DNA of 64,000 nucleotides from Octopus sinensis (taxonomy: Eukaryota), in the NCBI RefSeq assembly GCF_006345805.1, contig NC_042999.1, forward strand, positions 41,354,001 to 41,418,000. Direction: 5' to 3'. This document shows, piece after piece, positions 52,573 to 64,000 of the stretch. A model generated the notes under the pieces. That model was not told where the DNA came from. It saw nothing but the letters and a program-made list of their open reading frames with translations, and made no database searches. Both the position numbers and the translations under genes were made by a program. Position 1 is the first letter of the stretch. Each line of letters begins with the position of its first letter.

Positions 52573-55500
52573 CTACAGGATCATGCTCAAAATGGTTTCG
52601 TTACTAGCACGCACCATCTTTGCAACATTCACCCATCTTTTTTTGAATCTTTCGCGAGACAAAACTTCCCTCTCCATTCTCACCTTCCTTTTCAAGTGGT
52701 ACTTGAAAAAGTTGATGAGCGATTGGCCAGAGAGGTAAGTGTTTGTCTCTAATCCTTTCGCTCGAGTCCACCACACACATTCTTTCACCATGGCCACCAG
52801 TACGATGAAAACTGCCTTGCCTTCCCGGTTGAGGGAAGGGGGCGGAGCAATTCTAACGATAGACTCGGCCGATAGGCGGATTCGTCCCACACGTGACAGC
52901 AGCCGTTCGGCATAAGCCCACAGGTCGGAAATGGTTGGACATTGCACGAGTGCGTGCAGAACGGTTTCGTCGCTCTGACCGCATCTCGGGCAAGTCGGTC
53001 CAGTGTGTCTGGAACCGTGTCTGTAGAGCTTATCCCGAACAGGTAATGCTTCTCGATAGCACTGCCAGGCCAGGGATCTTTGGTGATTGTTCATAGGTCC
53101 CGGCCCGAAAGTTGTCCTGAACAGGCGGGTCAGGTGTTCCTCGTCGACGCCCAGACTCTGCCCGAGTTCGTCGTCGCACCTCCCCTCCACTAATCCTCTA
53201 TAGAATGCCTTTGTTGTGATGGAGTCGCACAAGTTCGATCCCGGACGGCAGAGTTGCTTGAGAGCAACGCGACACTCGCGGTGCCATTCGCCTAGCCTCG
53301 GTCTCTGCTTGATCCATGACTGTAGTTCGTCCAAGGAGACGAGCTGCGGGAAAGCGCGCCGCACAAAAGGCGACCACCCCTGTTCACCGTTGTCTATGAA
53401 GCGCCGGAGATGTCGCAGTCTCAGCGCATGTCTGCGCATCATCAACCACGGCATGCCCAGCCCTCCATTTAGCGGGTGTTGGCAGCAAATGGATCGCCTA
53501 ACCATCGGAACGTTTCCCTTCCACAAGAAGCGGAAGAGTATGCGTTCCAGTTTGGTGATGGTAGGGTCGGGACAAGGCACGACGGTCAGACGATACTCGA
53601 TGACGGATGCGATGTACGCGTTCGCCACCTCCGCCCGACCTTTTAGGGATAGCTTTCTCTCAGTCCATTTCTGGTGAGAGAAGCCACCCTAGTCGTTATC
53701 TCGCCCCAGTTCTTCTCCATTTGGAGGTCCGGACCGAACCAGACCCCGAGCAATTTAACCGGTCCGTCCGTCCAGCGTCCCACGATGGAGACGCTGTTGG
53801 ACGGCATGGGCTTGCTTCTCCAGGTGCCGAGCCGCAAGCCCACTGACTTTTCCCGGTTAATTTTTGCTCCCGTTACCGCTTCGTATTCTTTCAGTGTCTC
53901 GCCGACCAGCTCGATGTGCTCGTAGCTCGACACTATGACGGTGACGTCATCCGCGTATGCAGACACGCTCCTCCCGCATCCCAGCTCTCGTGGGATGCCC
54001 CTCAGCGTCGCCAGTTTCCGCAGTAGTGGCTCAAGAGTCAGTACATACAGCAGCGATGAGAGGGGGCATCCCTGACGAACCGAACGCATGATGTTAAAAG
54101 GTCTGGATAGATGACCATTTACGCGAACTACTGAGCGGATGCCGCTGTATAAGGCAGCGATCCAACCGCGGAAAACTGGACCGAAACCAGCCGCTTTGAG
54201 GACAGCCTCCAAGTAGTGATGGTCTACCCTATCGAAGGCTTTTGATTGATCCAAATTGATCAGCGCCCCACCCATGCCAGGATTTTTAACTACCCTGTCT
54301 ATGATGTAGCGCATCAGATGGAGGTTGTCATGAATACTTCTACCCGGCACGGCGCATGTTTGCGCCTTGTCGATTAGTTTCTTGATGACAAGCGCCAACC
54401 TCTCGGCTAACACCTTGGCCAAAATTTTCAAATCTGCGTTGAGCAGAGTGATGGGCCTGAAATTATCTATGACGTCCCCCTTGTTTGGGTCTTTCTTGAT
54501 CAGTGCCACTGCTCCTCGCTTTACAAAAGCAGGAATACTCCCGTTCTGCTGCCAGTTGCAGTAGACAGCTGCCAAGACGCCTCCAAACAAGTCTGGCATA
54601 TGAAAATAAAATTCGTAGGGCAGACCATCCAAGCCTGGTGACTTGTCTCTCGCGCAGCCTACCATCGCATCCTGTACATCCGCAGCTGTGATAGGCTTTT
54701 CACAAGACTCCACCTCCCTTGCTGAGAGTCGTGGCAAGGCATGCAGGTAGGCACTAAAGTCCACTCTGCTTTCTGACTCACCACTTGTCCCAAACAGTTG
54801 GGTGAAGTGTTGTTGAAAAACCCCACACATCCTTTTAGGCTCGAGCAATTCGCGCCCCTGTTCATCTATAAGAGACTTGATGGTGGCTCTGTTGCCTCGT
54901 TGCGTCTCCACCACTCGGGCCTCTTGGGCGGCTCCAACTCCTTCGTTCCTCAGAGCACGCATCCTAGCTCTGACAACGCATCCCTCGTGTTTGGCGTTGA
55001 GGTGTTGGTCGAGGGCCAATCTCGCCGCCAGTACGTTGGACGCGATGCCAGTTCTAAGTGCCTCTTCTAAAACCTTAACTAATTCTCCCTCTATTCTATT
55101 TCGTTTAATGCTAAGGCTCTACTGTATCTGACTGATTCTGCTTTAATCGCTTTTTTTAGGGCATACCACCATCTGTTGTTGATGATGGTACCCGTCAAAG
55201 CTCTCTTAACTAATGTGCTGATCCGGTCCCTGTAAACCTGTCGTGCTGTAAAAGACGCGTTCAGTTTCCAGTAACCAGGACCCTGCCTATGTGTCTTATC
55301 TAAGTCAAGTGTACAAGTCACAAACTTGTGATCTGTGTAACTGACTATATGAAATTGTGGACAACCTACACTATTTTTATCTATTGTCCTACAGAATACT
55401 CTGTCTAAGTATGATCTGGACGACCCGATGCGGTTACTCCATGTCCACATTGGCACATTCGGGTGGTCCAGTCGGTACCTGTCAGACAGTTGGAAACGTC

Positions 55501-56008
55501 TGAGCAGGTCTTTGAGGCATTTGCATCCCCTTCTATTGCTATCTCTGCCCACGTAGTCTAGATGCGTGTCCAGGGTGGCATTCCAATCCCCCACTAAAAG
55601 TAAAGGACGAGACGTTCCCATGAAAGACTCTAGACGTCGAAAGAAATCTGGTCGGCCTGTTAAGGACGGAGCATAAACTGCTATCAGTCGAAAAGCACAC
55701 TCATTGCTGCCATCGACATCCAAAACGACCAGCCTACCCTCCGGGTCTAGGAAATTTGCTCTTACTTTGAGATCCAGACTCTTCCGGATAAGCACCGCGG
55801 TGCCACCTCCGCCCATTCTCGGTAGACACGGAGAAAAATAAATGTTGAAATGTGTACCGAAAATGTGCTGGAGTGCCCGCAAGCTGTGGAGTCTGGTCTC
55901 ACTGATGGCTATGATATTCAGATTTAGTGACTTGATGTCATTTAACAGGTAGCCTTGTTTCCAAGGCGACCCCAAGCCACGTACATTTATACTACCTATT
56001 CTGAGCAT
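52573..56008 (-). CDS. Tx1 ORF2p (APE endonuclease, RT, C-terminal zinc motif), 1145 aa after repairing two 1-bp deletions (~55105, ~53673)
   Basis: GSINVRGL, ISETRL, VYAP, GDWNA, YLDRVF, TDHKFV, GPGYWKLN; PGLDG, FRPITLLN, DQSKAFDRVDH, QGCPLS, YADD; LSLKGRAEVAN, GGLGMP, CPRCGQSDETVLHALVQC. Confidence 0.9.
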
Positions 56009-56050
56009 GTTCCGATAAAAGTGCAAAAAAGGAAAAGGAGAGAGAAAAGG

Positions 56051-58198
56051 TTACTTGTTTTTCGAAAGTTCTTTGTCTTTCACCTCACGGTCTTCTTCTA
56101 TGAGGCTTTTATACAGTTTTTTCGATGAGTACTTTTGAAATCTCCCTACTGCATCAGGGTAAGAGATTTCAGGGTGCTGTATGTGTTCTGTGTCACGTGT
56201 ATTATTTTAATGTGTTGTGGTGGTGTTGTATGTGGGTGGTTACTTGTTTTTATGTCGTTTTCAGTAATGTTAGTGTTTGACCTAATGTGTTCCATTAGGT
56301 CGTGGTTGTTTGTGTTTATGGCTGTCAACATTTTTGGGGGGTTTGATGATGGTGTGTTTGTGTTGATGTGTGTGTTTTCTGTGGATGTTTTTGTTTCGGG
56401 AGTGGTGTATCTTCCCGCTTTGTTTGTTATTTTTTCTTTTCTTTTTTTTCCCCTTTTTCTTCTCCCCCCTGTGGCTATTTGCCAATCTTCCGTGTCTTCT
56501 TCGTCTAATGACAGATCAGACGAATCGGAGTCTGGAAGAGGGAAAGAATTGGGGTCTATTGTCGACTGTGTTGGTTTTGTTGTTGGTGTTGGTTGGTGAG
56601 CGTTTGGTTGTGGTGTATGCGGTTTTGGATGTGGGGTTTGGGTATTTTGTGTTTGAGTGATTGTGGGTATTGTTGTGTTGTTTAGGGTCTCAATTTTGTG
56701 GGGATTTGGAGTTGTAATTGTTTTTCTTCATTTTTGCTGGGTGTCTTTTTGGCAGATGTCCTTGGTTTGGGAGTTGGTATATTCTTGGTTGTTGTTGTTG
56801 GTGATGCTGCTTCTGTTCTTGGTGCTGCAGTTGGTGTGGTTGTTTGTTTGGTGAGGTTTGTTCCTGCAAAAAGTGGTGTGGGTAGTAAACCTTGTTTATT
56901 TGTTTTTGTTTCCGGCTGCTGTTGTTGTTGCTGTTGTTTTCTTGCGGCAGATTTGCAGTCTTTTTTGAGGTGTTGCTCACTGCCGCATATGTAGCAACGT
57001 GGTCTTCTGCCATCGACGACCACATATAACTTGTGGTCGTCTGATACACATATCTGGGTGGGTATTTTTTTAATATCCTCATGATGTATATGTAGAAGAA
57101 ATTCTATTTTTTGTCCCACCCAGTTTTTATGCTCTGTGACTGTGGTTTCCAAAATAGTATAATTCGCCATTTTTACGCATAAGGCCTTTACAAGCCATAG
57201 ACTATTGGCTATTTTGGGGACATTGTTTAGAGTGATCTTAGTCACTTTCTGTCCCCGATAGCTTGGTGTAAGTTGGAGTTCATCTGAGTGAAGAGTTAGC
57301 GTTGAGAAATGTCTAGCTAACTCTTCGGTGTAGAAAACAACTTGTATGTGGGCAAATTTGTTCCACCAGGTTACATATTCTTTGTGATTCCAGATGGGTT
57401 TCAAGCACTTCTCTATTTTGCTTGTGTTGGCCTTCTCTGGGATTTTTGTTTTTTGTTAACTATTTTATAAATGATTGTTCGTCTTTTTTCATTTTCCAAA
57501 ATATCTTCTGGTATGTTAATTTTTACTATACCTTCTGATTCTGTTATTTTGATGTTCGTGTCCTGTATTTGTTGAGCCGTAAAGTATATTGTTGTTTTTT
57601 TTTCTTTAATCGCCTCAGCGAAATTTGTTGTTGTTTTGTTATTGTTGTTGCTTGTGGTGATGTTGTTGTTGGCTGCAGTTTGTAAAATTGGTGTGTTTGG
57701 TTCGATCGTGCTAGTAGGAAGGGGTGGAAAATTGCCTGCGTACTTTAGTCCTGCACTAGGGCAAAGTTCGACATTTCGTTTGCTTGTCGTCGTTATTTTT
57801 TCACTTGTTGGTGATGGAGTGAGCAGTGGTTGAAGGGAATTGTTGTTGTCGTCGTTGTTGTTGTTGTTATTGTCGTTCTTGGTGACGGCGGTGGTGTTGG
57901 TAGTATTAGTAGCATTGACGGCACGGTCTTTGGTGGCGGTGATGGTGATGTTGTTATTGGTGGCGATATCTTTAGTAGGGATAGCAGTTTTAGTAGCAGA
58001 TTCTGCCATGGTGTTGGTGGTGGTGGTGGACTCACTGATGGTGTTGACGGTGCTTGGCCTTGCGACCTTTGTTTTGTATTTGTTGCTGTTGGTGGTGGTG
58101 GAGTTGTCAGGTTCGGCGTATGCTAACAGAGCATCCTGTTTTTCTGTTTCTGCGTCACGCTTCACTTGCAACTCAGCCTCGTGGTGGTCAGTGGCCAT
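56051..58198 (-). CDS. Tx1 ORF1p, 716 aa after repairing three 1-bp deletions (~57445, ~56695, ~56206)
   Basis: Zinc knuckle CYICGSEQHLKKDC preceded by VVVDGRRPR, with long Thr/Asn/Gln/Pro-rich flanks. The frames join at A-runs. Confidence 0.8.
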
Positions 58199-58416
58199 TT
58201 TGGAAATAAAATGGCTAAATGAAACCACGAAGGCTATGAGAATTTTTTCTTTTAAATTTTGCCCACAAGGGGCAAAATTTTGTGTCGATATTTATCAAAG
58301 GTTTACAGTGGATGTTGTTGCACAACTTTTAAGCACAAAATGTTTGTCAATATACACTTTTAAATGGTCAAAATAAATGATTACCTTCGGAGCTGAAACG
58401 ACATCACATCCGTCAG

Positions 58417-58496
<80 letters not shown>
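58417..58496. repeat. (GATA)~20 array at the 5' flank of the full-length Tx1
   Basis: Direct inspection; followed by non-element sequence. Confidence 0.97.
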
Positions 58497-58699
58497 GTCT
58501 TTTAATTCGATAGAGAACAAACCAGATACTAAAAAATTCAACACTGCACCCAATCTGATGTGTAGTGAATGTTAGTTGTTTTCTTGTGTCGTTTTTGATT
58601 GTTGTTAGCATTTATTATTCGTTTTATGTTATTGGTCTTGTTGTTTTGGCGTAGATATTGTTGTTACTCATACACAAGCCTGCTGGCACTCGTACGTAC

Positions 58700-58723
58700 A
58701 GATACATATGTATATATATATAT

Positions 58724-58820
<97 letters not shown>

Positions 58821-59032
58821 TTATTTATTTATTTAATTATTTATGTGTGTGTGTATTATATATATATGTACGTGTAAGTTAGTATGTATATATATATGCG
58901 TGTGTGTGTGTAAGTTAGTATGCATATATATATATATATATTATATGTATGTATATGTATACGTAAGTTTGTATGCATATGTATATTATATATATATGTA
59001 TAGGAATGTGTAACTATGTATATATATATATG

Positions 59033-59073
<41 letters not shown>

Positions 59074-59156
59074 CAAATATCATATATATATATATATTAT
59101 ATATATATATATATATATATGTAGGTATGTATATATATGTATGTATATCAAATATC

Positions 59157-59188
<32 letters not shown>

Positions 59189-59235
59189 ATCAAATATCAT
59201 ATGTATGTATGTATGTATATGTATGTATATCAAAT

Positions 59236-59270
<35 letters not shown>

Positions 59271-59360
59271 TATACGTAAGTATGTATATATGTATATATA
59301 TATGTGTGTGTTTATATGTATGTATATAAGTGTGTGTATCTATGTGTGTGTCTGTGTATG
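58700..59360. repeat. TA/TG microsatellites with a repeated TATCAAATATCAT unit
   Basis: Direct inspection. Confidence 0.9.
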
Positions 59361-59759
59361 TGATGTGCTTGTGTGCGAGTGAGCCGCCTAGAAATCTTTT
59401 TGCTTTTTTTTTTTCCTCGGCTGAAATGAATAAATTGGTTTACTGTATTCGTACTTTTGTGATATTATTATTTCGTGGATTTTTTGGGGTTTTTTCTCTT
59501 TTGTTTTTGTTTTTGTTTTTGTTCTGTCTTAATTATTGTTTCAGTAATTATTGTTTGTTGTCATTGCTTCTGTTTTTTTTTTTGGGGGGGGGGGTTTGTT
59601 TTATTGTTCTTGTTTCTTTTCAAGTCTCTGGAGAAATGGAAATAGATGGCAAAAAAAATAGCTGATGTGTTTTATATAGACTAGAAATTGGGAATTTTTA
59701 TCAATAGTAATTCTGATTCGATTTGGCTGTGTTTTATTACAAACAGTGATAATCTGGCT

Positions 59760-60870
59760 CGTGATGATGATGATGATGATGATTATCATGATCTTGGTTA
59801 TGATCACGTGGATGAGTGTCATCCTCGTCATCGTCAATTGTCATCGAGTCATCATTATTATCATAATTTTCGTCGTCATCATCATAATCATCAACGTCGT
59901 TGTTATCATCGCCGCCGCCGTCGTTATCATTTTCATCGTCATTATTATCATCTTCATCGTCATCGTTATCATCGTCATCGTTATCATCGTCATCGTTATC
60001 ATCGTCATCGTCGTCGTCGCCGCCACCGTCGTTATCATTTTCATCGTCATTATTATCATCGTCATCGTCGTCGTCGTTATCATTTTCATCGTCATTATTA
60101 TCATCTTCATCGTCATCTTCGCCGCCGCCGTCGTTATCATTTTCATCGTCATTATTATCATCTTCATCGTCATCGTCGTCGTCGTTATCATTTTCATCGT
60201 CATTATTATCATCTTCATTGTCATCGTCGCCGCCGCCGTCGTTATCATTTTCATCGTCATTATTATCATTTTCATCGTCATTATTATCATCTTCATCGTC
60301 ATCGTTATCATCGTCATCGTCGTCGTCGTTATCATTTTCATCGTCATTATTATCATCTTCATCGTCATCGTCATCGTCGTCGTCGTTATCATTTTCATCG
60401 TCTTTATTATGATCTTCATCGTCATCGTCATCGTCGTTATCATTTTCATCGTCATTATTATCATCTTCATCGTCATCGTCGTCGTCGTTATCATTTTCAT
60501 CGTCATTATTATCATCTTCATCGTCATCGTTATCATCATAATCGTCATCATCGTCGTCTTCGTCGCCGTCGTTATCATTTTCATCGTCATTATTATCATC
60601 TTCATCGTCATCATTATCATCATAATCGTCATTATCGTCGTTGTCATCACCGCCATTGGCATCGTTATCAACATCATCACCATAATTGTCATTGTTATCA
60701 TCATCGTCATCTTCATCCTCACCGTCATTGCCGTTATCGTCATCGTCGTGGTCATCATCAATTTCTTCATTTCTATCGTCGTCGTTGATGTTATCATCAT
60801 CATCGTTATTATCGTCAACATTGTCACCGCTATTGTCGTCATCATCTTCATCATCATGTTTAAGATGATA
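59760..60870. repeat. CAT/CGT/TAT trinucleotide-based minisatellite with a ~45-55-bp higher-order unit
   Basis: Recurrent GTTATCATTTTCATCGTCATTATTATCATCTTCATCGTCAT. Confidence 0.92.
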
Positions 60871-60939
60871 TTACAAGCGATGCTGGTATTAGTAACGTTT
60901 GTGTGATGCTGTCGGAGGTTGTACTTTTAATTGTTACTA

Positions 60940-61272
60940 CCACATGGCTCAGTGGTTGGAGCGCCGAGCTTACGATCGTGAGGTTGTGAGCTCGAATCCC
61001 TGACCGGGCTGCGAGTTGTGCTCTTGAGCAAGACACTTTATTTCACGTTGCTCCAGTTCACTCAGCTGTAGAAATGAGTTGCGACATCACTGGTGGTAAG
61101 CTGTATCGGCCCTTGCCTTTCCCTTGGATAAAAACTGGTGGCGTGGAGAGGGGAGGCCGGTATGCATGGGCGACTGCTGGTCTTCCATAAACAAACTTGT
61201 CCAGACTTGTGCCTGAGAGGGTAACTTTCTAGGTGCAATCCCACGGTCGGTGTCGTGACTGAAGGGGCCTCA
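60940..61272 (+). mobile_element. SINE family C
   Basis: tRNA-like head (TGGCTCAGTGG); possible short TSD ACTACCA. Confidence 0.88.
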
Positions 61273-61384
61273 GACTACCAAATAGCTTTGCTGAAGTTTA
61301 TAAGGTCATCCGTTGCTGTTGTTTAACTCCGGGTCAGTCCTGATGGAGCCGACGTAATCCTACTGTGTTTTGTTTTTCAGACAT

Positions 61385-61618
61385 TACTCTCTTACTCTTT
61401 TACTTGTTTCAGTCATTTTCATTGCGGCCATGCTGGAGCATCGCCTTTACTCGAGCAAATCGACCCCACGACTTATTCTTTATAAGCCTAGTACTTAAGC
61501 TATCGGTCTCTTTTGCCGAACTGCTAAGTTACAGGGAAGTAAACACACCAGCATCGGTTATCAAGCGATGTTGGGGGGGGGGACAAATCCAGACGCATAA
61601 ACATATACACACGCACAA

Positions 61619-61663
<45 letters not shown>

Positions 61664-61826
61664 TATATACGACGGGCTTCTTTAAGTTTCCCTCTACCAA
61701 ATCCAGTCACAAGGCTTTGGTCGGCCTAAGGCTATAGTAGAAGACAGTTGCCCAAGGTGCCACGCAGTGGGATTGAACCCGGAACTATGTGGTTGGTAAG
61801 GAAGCTATTTACCACACACCCACTTC
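61385..61826 (-). mobile_element. SINE family A
   Basis: Reverse complement of family A. Confidence 0.88.
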
Positions 61827-61989
61827 TACATTGTATATCGACAACTATATTATCTAAATATACTTTTAAGAAATAGTAGTGTGTGATATGGAGAAGATTT
61901 GGCTACTATTACTAGCAGGTTCTGAGACCACATAGATCGTCGTTGAACCATCAGGATAGTTACCGTTGTGGTTGTTTTGTTCCAAGTCT

Positions 61990-62470
61990 TAGCATTGATG
62001 CGGCCGACGAGGTCGTCGGCAGCAGTGAACCGGTCGGCGGAGCAACAACGGCGTCGGCCAGCGAGCTACCGAAGTGTGCGCGAGAGCGTGTGGCAAACCG
62101 GCGGGACGCGGAGAGACGGTTGCGTGAGAGAGGCGAAGAAGAGCACGTCGTTGTCGTCGTCATATGGGAAGCGAGAGGTGAAGCGGCGCGGTCCCGGCTG
62201 CGTGAGCAAAGGAGTGTAGGCGCACGGCAGCAACGACGGCTAGGCTCAGGCGAGGTAGAAACCGAGCGTTCGATGATTAGAGGGCGAACGAACGGAACGG
62301 CGGCAGCGGCTGCCGACGGGCGAGCGAGCGAAGCTGCCGAGGCGCAAGGCGTAGGACGATGGCGACAGCAAACGCGAGGGCGCTCACGGCAGAGCGGGAG
62401 GGGCGGGGCGGCGGCGGCGGAAAGCCGGGGACACGCCGGCCGTGTAGGGTCAATCACGCGGCTATCGCAT
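61990..62470. promoter_or_regulatory. GC/CpG-rich island, possible promoter or first exon
   Basis: Abrupt GC- and CpG-rich block in an AT-rich window, with a GC box GGGGCGGGGC at 62400-62409. Function inferred only. Confidence 0.4.
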
Positions 62471-63032
62471 CTGTTAATCTTCATTTTTCTTTCAATCTAT
62501 CTTGGGAAATATTATCATTTTTAGGGGGTTATTTTTTTCGTTTCTTCGTTTTTTTTTGGATCTTTTCTAATATGAAGCCAGGACCACAGATCTTTCTACT
62601 TAACTAAATAATCTGAAACTTCGTATGCTGATAGAGTCTAGCAAAACAAGACACAGGTTGGAACTAGTTTATTTGAGAAAAATCTATTTTATGACTTTAA
62701 TCGTAGATTAAAACTGCGAATTTTAACCAATCAGATTGTTTGTTTTCATGCGTAAAACTTGACTGCATTCTATTAGTGTGACGTAGAAAGCGCTTTTGTG
62801 ACGTACTAACGTTCGGAAAACTGTAAACAAACACGGCAGACGAAATACGGCTACGCATTTCGCCCGGCGTGCTAACGTTTCTGCCAGCTCTTTGCTTTTT
62901 TAATATTAAATTTCGGCGAAGTTTCGCTTGTCGTAGCACAAGTTTTCCGTCGATTTCCGTAAAAAACTTTTATTTTTTTACGTAAGTAATGAGAGCGAAA
63001 GAGACTAAGAGGAAGCGATTTTATGACGAGGG

Positions 63033-63566
63033 AAGTTTGTCTTTGAAGTTACCGTCTAGGGGAAGCATTGATGTACATGTGTGTGTGTGTGTGTGTTTGA
63101 TGGGGTGTGGGAGACAGTATGTTGTGTAAGTGAAGTGCTTCTGTTAGTGTGTGTGAAGAGACAGAGAGAGTAATGTGTGAAAGAGAGAGATAACTGAAAT
63201 TTTTTACTCGGTGTATGTGTATATGTATGTCTGCATGTATGTGTGTGTGTGTATGTATCTATGTATGTATGGCCGATTCATCGTAATTACGATGAATCGG
63301 CCATACATACATACACACACATACATATACACACACACATACTTACACATACATACACACACACATACATGCAGACATACATATACACATACACCGAGTA
63401 AAAAATGTCAGTTATCTCTCTCTTTCACACATTACTCTCTCTGTCTCTTCACACACACTAACAGAAGCACTTCACTTACACAACATACTGTCTCCCACAC
63501 CCCATCAAACACACACACACATGTACATCAATGCTTCTCCTAGACGGTAACTTCAAAGACAAACTT
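63033..63566. repeat. Spacerless long palindrome (inverted repeat)
   Basis: The centre GGCCGATTCATCGTAA|TTACGATGAATCGGCC (63271-63302) is a perfect palindrome. The arms match out to AAGTTTGTCTTTG/CAAAGACAAACTT. Confidence 0.95.
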
Positions 63567-64000
63567 TTGTTATTAGAAGGTGGCTGACTATAGCTTGTTT
63601 ACATTTAAGATGTCTAATACGTCACGAAATTGGCGGTCGAGACGGAGTAAATAAAATAAAGCCGAATGACGGAATATCATTGGTTAAAATTCTAATTATT
63701 AAACAACGTTAAACTTAGAAGTTACAATTCCGTTTTCATTCTGGTTTACAATTAAGTTTACTTTTGACACATTCTACCAGTATACGAAGTTTCAAATTGT
63801 TTGGTTCAGTAGGAAAAATTTGAAAAAACTGGCTTCAGAATAGAAAAGATCCTTTTTTTTTTCTTTTAAGATAGTAGATTGAGTGATTTAACAGATATCT
63901 ATTTCGTCCTTTCGAGCAACTGCATAGAGCTTCTCACGCTGGATCGTAGTAATGATCTTGTATCTGACCGAGAATGTTCGCGACATTTACAGAGGTTCGC

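Larger units (their letters stand above)
52268..58416 (-). mobile_element. Full-length Tx1-clade (L1 group) non-LTR retrotransposon
   Basis: 5' UTR, ORF1 with CCHC knuckle, ORF2 APE-RT-zinc motif, and a 3' UTR with AATAAA. GATA arrays lie on both sides. Confidence 0.95.

Noticed and set aside
53607-58376. Plus-strand ORFs overlapping the Tx1
   Set aside because: They are antisense shadows of ORF1/ORF2 codon bias.
59688-60906. His/Arg-rich 366-aa and Ile/Val-rich 386-aa ORFs
   Set aside because: These frames of a CAT-derived repeat are stop-free by construction. They lack the Gly-His motifs of known cephalopod beak proteins.

Overview
AT-rich, repeat-dominated eukaryotic DNA, most likely from an octopus or other coleoid cephalopod (inferred from the SINE families and the abundant TA/TATG/GATA microsatellites; not proven). 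It has one 100-N scaffold gap at 27326-27425. Most supplied ORFs (YIYIY-type, poly-I/V, His/Arg-rich) are translations of simple repeats. Supported coding content is transposon-derived: a full-length Tx1-clade LINE (52268-58416, minus), a truncated sister copy (50868-52122), a 3' fragment (9918-10098) and an old relic (40100-42830); a 5'-truncated CR1-clade LINE (5393-8063, plus); and decayed maT/mariner, Tigger-like, RTE, HERO-like and Penelope-like pieces. About 25 tRNA-headed SINE copies fall into several modular families, labelled A-E here for convenience. Main findings: (1) the Tx1 copies sit in (GATA)n arrays, suggesting microsatellite-targeted insertion; (2) SINE D1 shares its 3' end with this Tx1, and SINE A shares its 3' end with the CR1, giving two LINE-SINE pairs in one window; (3) two minimal type I hammerhead-ribozyme motifs (20533-20570, 22233-22310); (4) a 534-bp spacerless palindrome (63033-63566); (5) a SINE nested antisense in its own family with both TSDs intact; (6) a candidate three-exon 88-aa secreted or GPI-anchored protein gene (18216-18664, minus) and a CpG island near 62.2 kb.
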